From Oligoflexia bacterium (lineage in GTDB: Bacteria > Bdellovibrionota > Bdellovibrionia > JABDDW01), in the NCBI GenBank assembly GCA_043732305.1, contig JAYTHU010000031.1, positions 23,033 to 87,032 on the forward strand: 64,000 nucleotides of DNA, given 5' to 3'. The translations under genes and the position numbers were made by a program. Under the pieces are notes generated by a model. The model was not told where the DNA came from and searched no databases. It worked only from the letters and a program-made list of their open reading frames with translations. The stretch's first letter is position 1. Each line of letters begins with the position of its first letter. Positions 1 through 9,884 of this stretch are shown here, piece by piece.

Positions 1-364
1 CCACACAGTGCATGACTCGAAGAATCGCACAGCTCCAAAGCTGCATTGGATTCTTGTCATGATCCCGGGTACTGGCGTATAAAAAAAGCCGCCGAATGTC
101 TTTTACCGCAGCGCGAGTTGCCAAAACTTCCGGAACTCGCTCATGAGAATCTAAAATATACTTATGCAATATATGGATAGCCTGTTCATACATTTGCCAA
201 ACAGTTTCATCTTCTTCTTTGATAGAGATATCATAACCGTAGGTTTTTAAAAATTCGCCGCCTTCTTCCAGAGACCTGAAGTCAAGCCTCGGCACGTCGA
301 TGGTGGAATAACCACCAATGATTGTTTTGATCATTTGGCTTGGAAAATCGAAATTACTGATCAT
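1..364 (-). CDS. TIGR04552-family protein, N-terminal part (runs off the window start)
   Basis: Not in the ORF track. Manual translation from the ATG at 364 gives MISNFDFPSQMIKTIIGGYSTIDVPRLDFRSLEEGGEFLKTYGYD...QLWSCAILRVMHCV, open to position 1. The IGGxSxID, FxxxYGYD and WxCxILxVMH pattern resembles the Myxococcus/Bdellovibrio TIGR04552 family. Confidence 0.7.
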   Translation of the reverse strand, partial: MISNFDFPSQMIKTIIGGYSTIDVPRLDFRSLEEGGEFLKTYGYDISIKEEDETVWQMYEQAIHILHKYILDSHERVPEVLATRAAVKDIRRLFLYASTRDHDKNPMQLWSCAILRVMHCV

Positions 365-386
365 GATGATTTTAACTTAGCGAATA

Positions 387-425
387 AAAAGACCTTTGCC
401 AAATTTTATTTGGTAAAGGTCTTTT
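387..425 (-). terminator. Rho-independent terminator-like hairpin after the lipoprotein gene
   Basis: AAAAGACCTTTGCCAAA...TTTGGTAAAGGTCTTTT is a near-perfect inverted repeat with A/T tails, 20 nt downstream of the stop at 446. Confidence 0.75.
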
Positions 426-445
426 AGATAAAGCTTAATATTTCT

Positions 446-1276
446 TTATTGACATCTAAAAAATGCGCAGGCGTTTCCGCTAAATTGTCCAAGAGTTCCT
501 GAAGCCACACTGGTTTGACCATTGATGGTGTTGACAGAAGTTTGATTGGTAAACCCAATGGTTCCGCTCAAAGTGTAGTTCACTCCGGATCCTGATAAAG
601 TTCCTATGACGGTGATTGTTCCTTCGCCATCGCTGAACACTAAATTAACTTTATTTCCCTGCACATAAGAACCTTGAGTCTGCAATCCAACATTGACAGG
701 AATTGCAGGAACCACACCACCGCTAGGATCAGCAGTTCCGGTCAATGAATCCCAGAAGCCCATAGTAATACCACCGCTTGAAGGAGCCACTTGCTGATTA
801 GACGCGACAACAGCAGAGAGTGTCTGATTGCTAGTGAAAACCATTGGCGCAGAGCTAGATCCACTAGGATTTGTGCCCATGGTCATTCCCACAACGCAAT
901 TTGAACCGTTGCAAGGAATCTGAGTGTAGCTTGCGGGTGTTCCAAAAATTGCAGAATTCCAATTGGTGTCCGTCGTTGTTGATGTGGCGCCAATAGCACC
1001 CCACGCCCAGTCAGTGCTCAAGAAATAGCGGGAGACGTCGTTGCTGTTCATACTTAAGCCAGGAGCCATGCCAGAGGTGACCTGACCCGAACTGGTGTTC
1101 ACTTGCGCCCATATAGAACTGCTCACTCCACTGGGAGCGGCTGGGACACTGACGCCACCACGGATGTTATTACCGTTGGTGCGACTGGTTGAATTTTTGT
1201 CTTTATTGTTGCTACCGCAGGCCGTGAATAGGAGCGTTGCTGCAACCGATAATGCTACTAATAAATTGTTTCTCAT
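446..1276 (-). CDS. Ser/Thr/Gly-rich lipoprotein, unknown function
   Basis: Likely start MRNNLL at 1276 with a GGAG RBS. Lipobox LFTA-C, beta-rich C-terminal half, ends CAFFRCQ. Confidence 0.75.
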   Translation of the reverse strand: MRNNLLVALSVAATLLFTACGSNNKDKNSTSRTNGNNIRGGVSVPAAPSGVSSSIWAQVNTSSGQVTSGMAPGLSMNSNDVSRYFLSTDWAWGAIGATSTTTDTNWNSAIFGTPASYTQIPCNGSNCVVGMTMGTNPSGSSSAPMVFTSNQTLSAVVASNQQVAPSSGGITMGFWDSLTGTADPSGGVVPAIPVNVGLQTQGSYVQGNKVNLVFSDGEGTITVIGTLSGSGVNYTLSGTIGFTNQTSVNTINGQTSVASGTLGQFSGNACAFFRCQ

Positions 1277-1327
1277 AAATCTCCACTTTGAAAATAGGTC
1301 CATCCGTATTCTCTCAAGTTTATGTAT

Positions 1328-1343
1328 TACAAGGGTTGGGCCA
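1328..1343 (-). promoter_or_regulatory. sigma54-like promoter (variant -12) for the lipoprotein gene
   Basis: Minus strand TGGCCCAACCCTTGTA = GG-N10-GT (consensus GG-N10-GC). Confidence 0.35.
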
Positions 1344-1455
1344 TGGTTTTGGTCCTAGGGAATGACAGGTTGACTATAGGATTGATTGTCAGGAGTGCAG
1401 TTCGAATAGGCCTTGAGTCGTCAGACAACTGTCTAATTTTTAGCCAAGTCGGTTT

Positions 1456-3297
1456 TTACCGAGGTGCCAGTAATGACTCGATCCTATTCACGGTGAATTT
1501 CTCCAGCCCCGGTTTGTCTTGCCATTTCTTGTCTGCAAGAATCTCGATGATTATCTCTCGTGCTTGGTTCTTAGTGAGATTTGGTCCACTCCCAAACGAC
1601 ACTTGTGTCAGCATTTTAAACAGAATAATTTGAGCTAAAGAAAACTTCAAATTCTTTGAAGAATCATGGGGTGCAAAAAATACGGTTGGAGCAGCGTGAA
1701 TTTGAAAAGAATAATTCTCTTTTTGAACCACCAACGTTAGCTCATCCAAATAAGATATCATCTCCCTCAACACCGCGACGGGAATCCTCTTATTTTCAAG
1801 GTAACTATCTAATAGTTCAAGTCTGGCAGCTGGACTGACCGGTAATTTCAAAACCTCCATCATTCTATCGAAATGAATTTGTTCTTCCGAACCCATTTTA
1901 AATCGAGGACGAGGTCTCTTATTGGAAACCTGTTGTAGGATTTTCTCAACGGCGAACATTTCTAACTTAGGAACATTCGACCATTTTTTAGTGTTAAAAA
2001 GTTTGCGGGCTATTTCCTGGGCCTCTTCCTTTGACAACGCTCCGTGCGCTCCGGGGATCAAACGCTTCAGCATCTTAAACAAAATCACATCACTATACCC
2101 AAATTTAGAATTGGAACGGGAATGGGGACTTTTGATTGAATAGAATATTGATTCTGGAAACGCAATAGACTGCATAGCTTCATTATCCTTGGCAATTGAG
2201 TCTTTATTCAAAACAGGAATCATTTTCATAAACACCATGACCGGCACGCTCGTAGATTCGACATAACTTTCCAAAACCCCGAGAACACTTTCTAGACTTG
2301 CGGGGGATTCCAAAAGAAAAAGCATGTGATCATAAATTTTTTGGTCCTCGGGGTCCAATTGAGACGAGCGTGGTCCATCTATGCCATTCTCACTGTCCAT
2401 CAAAAAATCGAGATCGATACCTTGTCGAGACGCCGAGATAACCGATTTCATAATTTCAATATCGCTGACTCCGTCGGCCAGTTCCTTGACCTCACTGACT
2501 TTCCCGATAATTGGCGAAAGAGCGTCGATCATCATCACGACCTGCATTTGGAGAGCTTTTAGTTTCTGTATCTCTTTAGTGAAAGTCGCGACAAAAACAT
2601 TTTCGCCCATTGAATTTTGAGTTGCTACCTCCAGAACGCTTTTTCGTTCGGCAATCGTGCTCTGTGTGACCCGAAGCAAAATGTATTCTTCATTCAATTG
2701 GCGAGATATTTCCGGAAATTCAATTTTACACAGGGCAATACTTTGCTTGCAGCCTTTAATTTTATTAGCAATCTCGGTAACGGAAACTTTATAATTCTTG
2801 CTCAGCCCAAGAAAATGGCTCACCGAAGATGGCTTACCGACTGTTAGTTTTTTCTGAAGCTCCGTAGTCAAAGCGGAAACATTCTGCATCCCAAAAAATA
2901 CGGTACGAACCTTCTCCAAGCTTTCTTTATTTCGGTTCAAGGACAGGCCCGTCTGCTGCTTTGAAACTTCCAAAACCAAATCAAAAATCGGCTGATCCCA
3001 ATCTTGCATAAATTCATTAGCCAGATACTGAGGATGAGAAAATCGAGAAGATTCGAGTTTGGACCTAAGACCTTCCACCAAAAAATGTGCAGCTTTCTGG
3101 ATTTCAGAGTCATCCAGACTTTTTATCGTATGTTCGAACTCTGGCAAAGACGAACCGGACTTCAGAGTTTCAAGGATGGATGCGCACCTGTCCCCGAGAG
3201 ACATTTCTTTTGGCGGCTGGGCACGGTGCCCTTCAATCTCAGAAGCCTCAACAAGGCCGGGGATTAAAAAGATAAAAACTAACATAAGAAACTTCAT
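1456..3297 (-). CDS. Secreted array protein A: conserved helical N-module plus two tandem ~145-aa C-terminal repeats
   Basis: Signal peptide MKFLMLVFIFLIPGLVEA; motifs RCASILE, RFSHPQY, CKQSIALC, LNEEY, IDLDFL; duplicated C-terminal domain. Confidence 0.85.
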   Translation of the reverse strand: MKFLMLVFIFLIPGLVEASEIEGHRAQPPKEMSLGDRCASILETLKSGSSLPEFEHTIKSLDDSEIQKAAHFLVEGLRSKLESSRFSHPQYLANEFMQDWDQPIFDLVLEVSKQQTGLSLNRNKESLEKVRTVFFGMQNVSALTTELQKKLTVGKPSSVSHFLGLSKNYKVSVTEIANKIKGCKQSIALCKIEFPEISRQLNEEYILLRVTQSTIAERKSVLEVATQNSMGENVFVATFTKEIQKLKALQMQVVMMIDALSPIIGKVSEVKELADGVSDIEIMKSVISASRQGIDLDFLMDSENGIDGPRSSQLDPEDQKIYDHMLFLLESPASLESVLGVLESYVESTSVPVMVFMKMIPVLNKDSIAKDNEAMQSIAFPESIFYSIKSPHSRSNSKFGYSDVILFKMLKRLIPGAHGALSKEEAQEIARKLFNTKKWSNVPKLEMFAVEKILQQVSNKRPRPRFKMGSEEQIHFDRMMEVLKLPVSPAARLELLDSYLENKRIPVAVLREMISYLDELTLVVQKENYSFQIHAAPTVFFAPHDSSKNLKFSLAQIILFKMLTQVSFGSGPNLTKNQAREIIIEILADKKWQDKPGLEKFTVNRIESLLAPR

Positions 3298-3303
3298 TTT
3301 TCC

Positions 3304-4695
3304 TTACTCCGAAACCAAAGTGTGCAAATGACTGATCACGTATTTTTCCAGACCACCGTAATAAGACCACGTTGAATCGGTCAAAATTTCCCCGGCAATG
3401 ACATGAGCATCCTCTTTAGATATTTTTCTCAAGTCGCTTTGAGTGACACGGCTTAATATTTTTGTAATGACAATGATTTTAAGCGGAAACTTCGAATTGA
3501 CATTCATGAAATTATGGGGAAGGAACTCGGTCGCCGGGTAAACTATTTTTTGGATAAACTGATCATCTCTCCAACTCGAATCATCAAATTTATAGATAAT
3601 AGGTACAATCTCTCTCAGCACATCAATAGAGATAGGAGTGCTATTTGCATAATCCTCGAGAATATTCAGAGCAATCCTGGAAGACGTCGGTGAGCTAAGA
3701 AGGTAAATCATATGATCGAGGATTTGTCTATCACCGAGGCTGATTTTTACCAGACTTAAAGAAGGATTTAATTTAGAATCTCCTTCCACGAGAAAATCCA
3801 GATCCAACCCTTGCGAAGAGGCACTGATCACTGATTTTACAATTTCACTCTCGTTCACGGCATCCGCCCGCTCTTTAATTTCCCGAACTTTTCCTAAGAT
3901 CTGAGAAAGTCCACCAGTCATAGCGGAAACTTGCAACTGTTGAATCCCCAGCTTTTCTAGCTCTCGTTTGAAAGACTCAACTAAGATTTTCTCACTCGTC
4001 TGTTCCATAGCCTCCCTTAAAATTCGTTCTCGCTCGACCATTAAACTGGAGGTAGCTTGCAGCAAAATATATTCTTCATTCAAATCTTGAACAATGGCGG
4101 AAAATTTAATTTTGCAAAGACCAATGGTTTTCCGGCACCCGCTAATTTTCTTAGCGAGTACCAAAACCTTAAGTTTATAGTCCGGTGATAACCAACGGCT
4201 GAGCTTGAAAACCGACGGCTTTCCCTCAGCTAAAATATTCTGTAACTTTCCCACAAGCAATCCGATGCTTTGGGTTCCATAAAGGGCGGCGTTGGCTCTC
4301 GCCATACTTTCTTTATACCGAGAAACATCAAGACCGATTTTCTGCTTTGAAATCGCCAGTACAAGATCAAAAACTGACTGATTCCAGTTCGCGAGGACTT
4401 CACTGGCTAAATGCTGCGGATGAGAGAAACGTGAAGTGGAGATTTTTTCTTTTACTGCCATCACCAATTTTGAAGCTTCTTCCCGAAGAGTGGCTTCTCC
4501 TAAATCACCCAATTTAGTTTCAAGTTCCAAAACTGTGGATCTATTTTCAAGCGCCTCTAGGACGCTGACGCAGCGAGTATGCAGATCAGAAGACTCCTGT
4601 GTTTTTTCTTCAGATAAAGATCCATGGAGTTCGGATGCCCTAGCGAAATTAGTCATACAAAAAATAAAAACTATAATAAATAATAAATATTTCAT
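3304..4695 (-). CDS. Secreted array protein B: conserved N-module plus one copy of the C-terminal repeat
   Basis: Signal peptide; motifs RCVSVLE, RFSHPQH, CRKTIGLC, LNEEY, LDLDFL; clearly paralogous to 1456-3297. Confidence 0.85.
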   Translation of the reverse strand: MKYLLFIIVFIFCMTNFARASELHGSLSEEKTQESSDLHTRCVSVLEALENRSTVLELETKLGDLGEATLREEASKLVMAVKEKISTSRFSHPQHLASEVLANWNQSVFDLVLAISKQKIGLDVSRYKESMARANAALYGTQSIGLLVGKLQNILAEGKPSVFKLSRWLSPDYKLKVLVLAKKISGCRKTIGLCKIKFSAIVQDLNEEYILLQATSSLMVERERILREAMEQTSEKILVESFKRELEKLGIQQLQVSAMTGGLSQILGKVREIKERADAVNESEIVKSVISASSQGLDLDFLVEGDSKLNPSLSLVKISLGDRQILDHMIYLLSSPTSSRIALNILEDYANSTPISIDVLREIVPIIYKFDDSSWRDDQFIQKIVYPATEFLPHNFMNVNSKFPLKIIVITKILSRVTQSDLRKISKEDAHVIAGEILTDSTWSYYGGLEKYVISHLHTLVSE

Positions 4696-6101
4696 TTTAT
4701 AACTCCACGCACAGAGGCAATTCCCGAGTTCTGAAGAGCAACTTTTCGGAGGCCACAGCCAGACTTCAAGGCAAAAAACTCCCCGTTCGAATACAACTGG
4801 GTCTCAAGCTTTTTATAAAGCTCCAGATGCCCGTCTGAAGTGAGACTCATTTTTTTCGCCATCTGGCTGAGAGTTTTTGCGGAGAGCGTTTCACCTTGAA
4901 ACAAAATCAATTTTTTTGATGCCATGTAAGGAATGACAAATTTCAAATAATACTTATAGTTTTGGGAACCGTCGAAAACTCTTCTCACCTTATAAATTTC
5001 TTGTTGTGGGGCGGATTTTGCATAGATAAATATTGATCCCGTGAAAGGTTTAACCGCTTTGAGAAGAAACAAAAGGCTTTCGAGAGAAATGAATTTCATT
5101 ACTTCAATCTCTGCGAGAATCATGTCTCCTATTTCATCGTTAGAAAGTTCCGAATGAATAGCGCGCGCCACCTTCAATTTGAACTGCTCCTGTTGATCCA
5201 AATCCGTGTCTGTACGACTCGGAGACAAAGTCACGTCGTTTTCACCGATTAAAAATCCTAAATCAAAACCTTGAGATGCCGCTTCCATCACCGTTTTATG
5301 AGTAGATCCTGTTTGAAAAATATCAGCCTGAGACATGACGTGGGAGATCTTGTCGATGGTCTCAGCCAGCTTTTCAGTTTTAATTTGCAATAAAGTTTTC
5401 TGCATGCCAAGCCTTTCGAGCTCAGTCTCAAGAATCCTTAAAAGCCCTGGGTGAGAAGTTATTTTCTTGGCCGCGACAAGAATCTTCATCTCATCAGAAA
5501 ATGTCATTTTTACGGCGTTGAGAAAAATCAGATCGGAATTGATTTGCTTTGATATGGAAGGCAAATCCAGTTGGCATTGGGCGAGAGATTTTTTACACAG
5601 GGCCGCTTTGCGGGCTAGGTCTTTGATTTTATTTGAATGGGTGCTTTTCAACATCAAAAATCTCCGCCCGCGGGAAATGGCCTTCTGAAGTTCATCAAGA
5701 ACTATGGTCACATTCCTTGATCCGTAAAGGAGATTTTTCGCATTGGTCAGAGCCGGAGCTTCAAGCAGTTGCCCCGCCCCAAGATAACGTTTAGAAATAG
5801 AATTCAGAAGTTCATTCAAGTCCGAGTGATTTTCGGCCATACCCTCGCGCAAGACGTGCACTGGCTGGGAAAGGGAATGATCCGTCAGACTTTTTTCTAA
5901 GTGAGAAATGAGATCTCGACTCTCCGCTCCAATCTTCTCGTCGCTCAACGGATGAAATTCTTTTTCCAAATCGTGATTTCTATTTTGGCTCAGATTTTCA
6001 AGTAAGAGTCCACAGCGAAGAGAAAGATCACCGGCATTTAAAAACGGAGAGAATAGAAAGACTAGTTCTAGAAAAAGTAGACCTATAATTTTCGATCTCA
6101 T
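4692..6101 (-). CDS. Secreted array protein C: conserved N-module plus distinct C-terminal domain
   Basis: Signal peptide; motifs RCGLLLE, LSQPVH, CKKSLAQC, FDLGFL; ATGA overlaps with both neighbours. Confidence 0.85.
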   Translation of the reverse strand: MRSKIIGLLFLELVFLFSPFLNAGDLSLRCGLLLENLSQNRNHDLEKEFHPLSDEKIGAESRDLISHLEKSLTDHSLSQPVHVLREGMAENHSDLNELLNSISKRYLGAGQLLEAPALTNAKNLLYGSRNVTIVLDELQKAISRGRRFLMLKSTHSNKIKDLARKAALCKKSLAQCQLDLPSISKQINSDLIFLNAVKMTFSDEMKILVAAKKITSHPGLLRILETELERLGMQKTLLQIKTEKLAETIDKISHVMSQADIFQTGSTHKTVMEAASQGFDLGFLIGENDVTLSPSRTDTDLDQQEQFKLKVARAIHSELSNDEIGDMILAEIEVMKFISLESLLFLLKAVKPFTGSIFIYAKSAPQQEIYKVRRVFDGSQNYKYYLKFVIPYMASKKLILFQGETLSAKTLSQMAKKMSLTSDGHLELYKKLETQLYSNGEFFALKSGCGLRKVALQNSGIASVRGVIK

Positions 6102-7954
6102 TCCGTCCTCAAAATGGCTTCGCTTACAAGCTGATCCACAACTTCACTTATCTTTGCGTCTCGCTCTGGATCAAGATGAACCCCTCTAGAAAGAGCTGTT
6201 CTTTCTATCACTTTCTTAAGATTTTCCCTCGCTGTAGTTTCAAATTCAGAAATGTTATCTTGCCCAAGGATTTGAACATGGCGCAAACCCACTACCGCAA
6301 AAAATATACTCGCATTGAATGCCTGTTTTTCGTGACTCATTCCTATCGCATTATAAATACTGTCAGGAATTTGCGCGTATGTGTCCACCCAATTCACAGA
6401 TTGGTTCTTGCGAGAAAAAAGAAGCGTCGACAGAGAAAGGTACTGCGCAATGGTGATGCGACGATTTTCCTTGAACAAATGAGTCCAAATTCTCGAGGCA
6501 ATACGGCTTGCAGAAATCTGACTCAGATAGGTTGTTTCCATTTCTTTTTTAATTCCCACGAGATAATCAGAAACACCTAAATCAACCAAAGGCTCAAGCA
6601 GTCCTCGAAGTGACTGATTCAATGCGAGGCCCAATTTGTCATTTTTATGATGGGACAAAACATAACCGATGAACTTTGGAATTTTCGATGCGAAAACAGG
6701 ATCTTCAAAAAGAAGGTTGAATCCCTGAAAGAGAACTCTTTGATCCGTGTTTTCGAGAAGATTAGTGGCCATTGTGCCGAATAAATGACTAGCCAAAAGT
6801 TCATCATCTTCACTGTTGGCAGCAAACTTTTCCACTCTAAGCATGGTTTCAGCAACCAAACGTGTATCTAACCACTTCACAGAAAGAAGAGCAGTGAGTT
6901 GTAAAAAATCTGCATTTTCCTGGAGCTTTTCCACTGCATGACCATAAGCTGCAGATGTGAGGGGCAATGATTTTAAAAGATTCCATGACTCTTCTTTTAT
7001 ACCCCAAATACTTACACTTTTTTGTTCGCGCCTATGCCACTCCATTTTCCATTCGATAGGCTCCACGTCATCTTCTCGCGGCACTAGAAGAGGCTGGAGA
7101 TCCACGGGCACTTTCAGTGATTGGGCTTTGATAATCAAACGGTGGCTAAACTCAACCCTGGATTCCCGAGCGTTACTGCCCACTTGATCGGCGGTAATAA
7201 TTATTTTTTCTAAAGTCTCACTCATAATCAAAAAATAGGACTCAAGCTTAGCTATCTCTAGCCTTTTGTTATTTAGCGCCGTTATCACGGAACTTTGAGG
7301 GAAAGTAGATGGCAACCAGTCAGATAGATTTTCCAAAAGGAGATCTAAAATTTTAACTTGATCTTGCAGTAACGACTCCACATTTTTGACCGTCGCGAAC
7401 TCCTGATTGAGATTTTCAATAATTGTTTTAAGCTCTTTTGAACAATGGTTGATCGATACCCGACACTCTCTCACTCGAGCGACTTGTTTGAGAAGTTCCT
7501 GCTTTTTTTTCTCGATGTTGAATCGAGCGCGACCGTATTGATCGATCCTTACATCTAAACTATTCAAAAGTTTCTGTTCGCTGTCCACACCAAAGAGAAG
7601 CGTTTCTAATTCTTCTAACTTTTTAGGCTTAGAGTTTGTGTTTTGAGAAACTTGTCTTTGGCTCACTGCTCGTACCATTTCTAAAAGAGGTTCAAAATGA
7701 TCTTGAAGCCGAGTTTGAATTTGAAAATACGGACTAGAGAATTTTTCTTTTTCTAATGCAAAAACTAAATCCTTCACTAATTTTTCATAGACTTGTTTCT
7801 GGTCCACAGGTTGGGATGCCTTGAATTCCAAAACTTTTTCAAGCTCAAGGATACATGGTTGTGCATTGATAAAGGTGGGAGAAGAAGTAACTGCTGAAAA
7901 AGCGTTGCCACCTAGAAAAAAAACGGGAAACACTAAAGATAAAAACACTTTCAT
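6098..7954 (-). CDS. Secreted array protein D
   Basis: Signal peptide; motifs PCILELE, KFSSPYF, KPKKLEELETLLFG, CRVSINHC, LNQEF, VDLQPL. Confidence 0.85.
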   Translation of the reverse strand: MKVFLSLVFPVFFLGGNAFSAVTSSPTFINAQPCILELEKVLEFKASQPVDQKQVYEKLVKDLVFALEKEKFSSPYFQIQTRLQDHFEPLLEMVRAVSQRQVSQNTNSKPKKLEELETLLFGVDSEQKLLNSLDVRIDQYGRARFNIEKKKQELLKQVARVRECRVSINHCSKELKTIIENLNQEFATVKNVESLLQDQVKILDLLLENLSDWLPSTFPQSSVITALNNKRLEIAKLESYFLIMSETLEKIIITADQVGSNARESRVEFSHRLIIKAQSLKVPVDLQPLLVPREDDVEPIEWKMEWHRREQKSVSIWGIKEESWNLLKSLPLTSAAYGHAVEKLQENADFLQLTALLSVKWLDTRLVAETMLRVEKFAANSEDDELLASHLFGTMATNLLENTDQRVLFQGFNLLFEDPVFASKIPKFIGYVLSHHKNDKLGLALNQSLRGLLEPLVDLGVSDYLVGIKKEMETTYLSQISASRIASRIWTHLFKENRRITIAQYLSLSTLLFSRKNQSVNWVDTYAQIPDSIYNAIGMSHEKQAFNASIFFAVVGLRHVQILGQDNISEFETTARENLKKVIERTALSRGVHLDPERDAKISEVVDQLVSEAILRTE

Positions 7955-9867
7955 TAATTTAACTGCCCCACCGTTCTATTCAGGAGATTGTCTATGTATT
8001 TTTCGACTCCCAGCTGATAGGATTGACTGGATCTCTTGTGACCGGGCATATGCTGAAGCACGATTCTCAACAGACGAGCATGCGCACGCTTTCTAAAATT
8101 AGGAATATTATCCATGCTCAGAATTTGAATCTTACTCAGTGCTTTTACGGCAAAAAATATTATTGGATTGAGCCTGACGTAACCATCCCCTTGGAATGGC
8201 CCATAAAATTCTTTGGGTAGAACTTTAAGTTCATCGTTGCTCCAACCTCCCGGACAGAGATCCCAGACAGAGGTTGCTCCGTGATTTACCGATACTTCTA
8301 AAAGTTTGAAATAATCTTCTGCAACCAAACGAGTCTTAGGATCGTTCAAATAATCCCACATCAGCTTGACTTCAAGATCTCGCGAGTCAGTGCCTTCTCC
8401 CGCAAGCTCGCCCATCCTCTGCATAAAATTAAAATCAACCATCACCGTGGGTCCCAGCATGAGGGCTTGTGTGATAATCAGGCGGGCTCGATCCGCGGTG
8501 CCCACTGGGTGCAGTTCACCCAGGAAAAGTGGAATCTGCCCGAGGACATCTCCCTGGAAAAGCCCACTGAACCGGCTGTGAATCCAATCATTCTCCATAC
8601 GGTGATTGAGACGTGACATAAGAAAGTCCACGGCAAGTTTTCCTCGAGCCTTAAATATCACGTCTTTGGATTTGAGAAAGCCTTCGATTGCACGAACAAT
8701 CTGCAGAAGGTCAGGTGCTCCGCCAATGTTTAAGGAAAATAATTCTATTTTCCTCATGAGACTTTCCGTCTGACCTAATTCATCAGCCAATATTTTAAAT
8801 TGCCGGCTGTTTAAGGGAAGCTTCAATAAAACCTGCCACGAAGGGTATTTATCATCCCAAACAGCACTCTCCATGTTGTCTTCGCTAGCGGCTATGTTCG
8901 CTGGCTTGTCGGGTCCCGGTAAAAACTGGTCTAAATTTATATTTATATCCCAATAAGTTGATTTCAGTTCATCCCGCTCTTTCAAGATAAAATTGAGATC
9001 AATGGCCGGTGACTCCGAACCAGCGCGGATGATAGCCCTTTGAATCCCTTCTATTTGGGTTGAGCCTGCGTGGCTTGCGGACTGATCTGCTCCGATCATG
9101 ATTTTTTCAATGGCGTCAGCCATCAATGTGAAATAACTCACCGATTGACCGAGCTCTTGAATCTTATTTGAAATAGCTTTCTTGACAGAATCACTTCCCG
9201 ATTTCACAGGCAACCAGTCATTGGTATTCGAGAGGACAAGTTCGAGAATTTTCGTTTCATCTTCCAAAACACTGAGCACGGTTTTTACAATTTTATATTC
9301 GGCGTTCATTTCTGAAAGCAGAACGGTCACATCAGTAGTGCATTTCTTAATGGCAGCACGGCATGCTTTCAATTTGTTCCCGGCATCTACAACCGCTCTT
9401 ACCCTATCGGCTATTTTCTCGCCCGTTGTTTTGAATGAAATCAGCCCCCCCTTCCGCTTAGCACTGAGGGTATTATTTAATTGCTCGAGTAATTTCAACT
9501 CCGTGTTTGTTCCAAAAAGAAGGGTTTCCAATTCTTCCAGAGCCTTGGGCTTTGTCGTCGAACTATTAGAAATTTGTCGGAGACTCACTTCCAGCGCAAG
9601 TTCAATGATGGGTTTTAGATATTCGCTCAAACTATTTTGAATGACAAAATAACTACTGGAAAAAAAATCACTTTTGAGAGCCGCTTCGAGCTGCTTTTGT
9701 AAAATAGAATATCTAATCTCGATCGACTCACCATTGTTTTTGACGATGCTTTCAAGAGACGCTTTGCATGGGGGCCGGCTGAGCTCGGCACTTTTAGCGC
9801 AGGAAATCCAAAGGCACCCTGCCAGAAATGCCATTGCCAAAATAAAAGGCTTTTTGTCCCCGCTCAA
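7954..9867 (-). CDS. Secreted array protein E (closest paralogue of D)
   Basis: Signal peptide; motifs PCKASLE, FFSSSYF, KPKALEELETLLFG, CRAAIKKC, MNAEY, IDLNFI; C-terminal IFFAVxxLxxxQILxxDNI shared with D. Confidence 0.85.
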   Translation of the reverse strand: MSGDKKPFILAMAFLAGCLWISCAKSAELSRPPCKASLESIVKNNGESIEIRYSILQKQLEAALKSDFFSSSYFVIQNSLSEYLKPIIELALEVSLRQISNSSTTKPKALEELETLLFGTNTELKLLEQLNNTLSAKRKGGLISFKTTGEKIADRVRAVVDAGNKLKACRAAIKKCTTDVTVLLSEMNAEYKIVKTVLSVLEDETKILELVLSNTNDWLPVKSGSDSVKKAISNKIQELGQSVSYFTLMADAIEKIMIGADQSASHAGSTQIEGIQRAIIRAGSESPAIDLNFILKERDELKSTYWDININLDQFLPGPDKPANIAASEDNMESAVWDDKYPSWQVLLKLPLNSRQFKILADELGQTESLMRKIELFSLNIGGAPDLLQIVRAIEGFLKSKDVIFKARGKLAVDFLMSRLNHRMENDWIHSRFSGLFQGDVLGQIPLFLGELHPVGTADRARLIITQALMLGPTVMVDFNFMQRMGELAGEGTDSRDLEVKLMWDYLNDPKTRLVAEDYFKLLEVSVNHGATSVWDLCPGGWSNDELKVLPKEFYGPFQGDGYVRLNPIIFFAVKALSKIQILSMDNIPNFRKRAHARLLRIVLQHMPGHKRSSQSYQLGVEKYIDNLLNRTVGQLN

Positions 9868-9884
9868 TTCTTCCCACCCTGATC

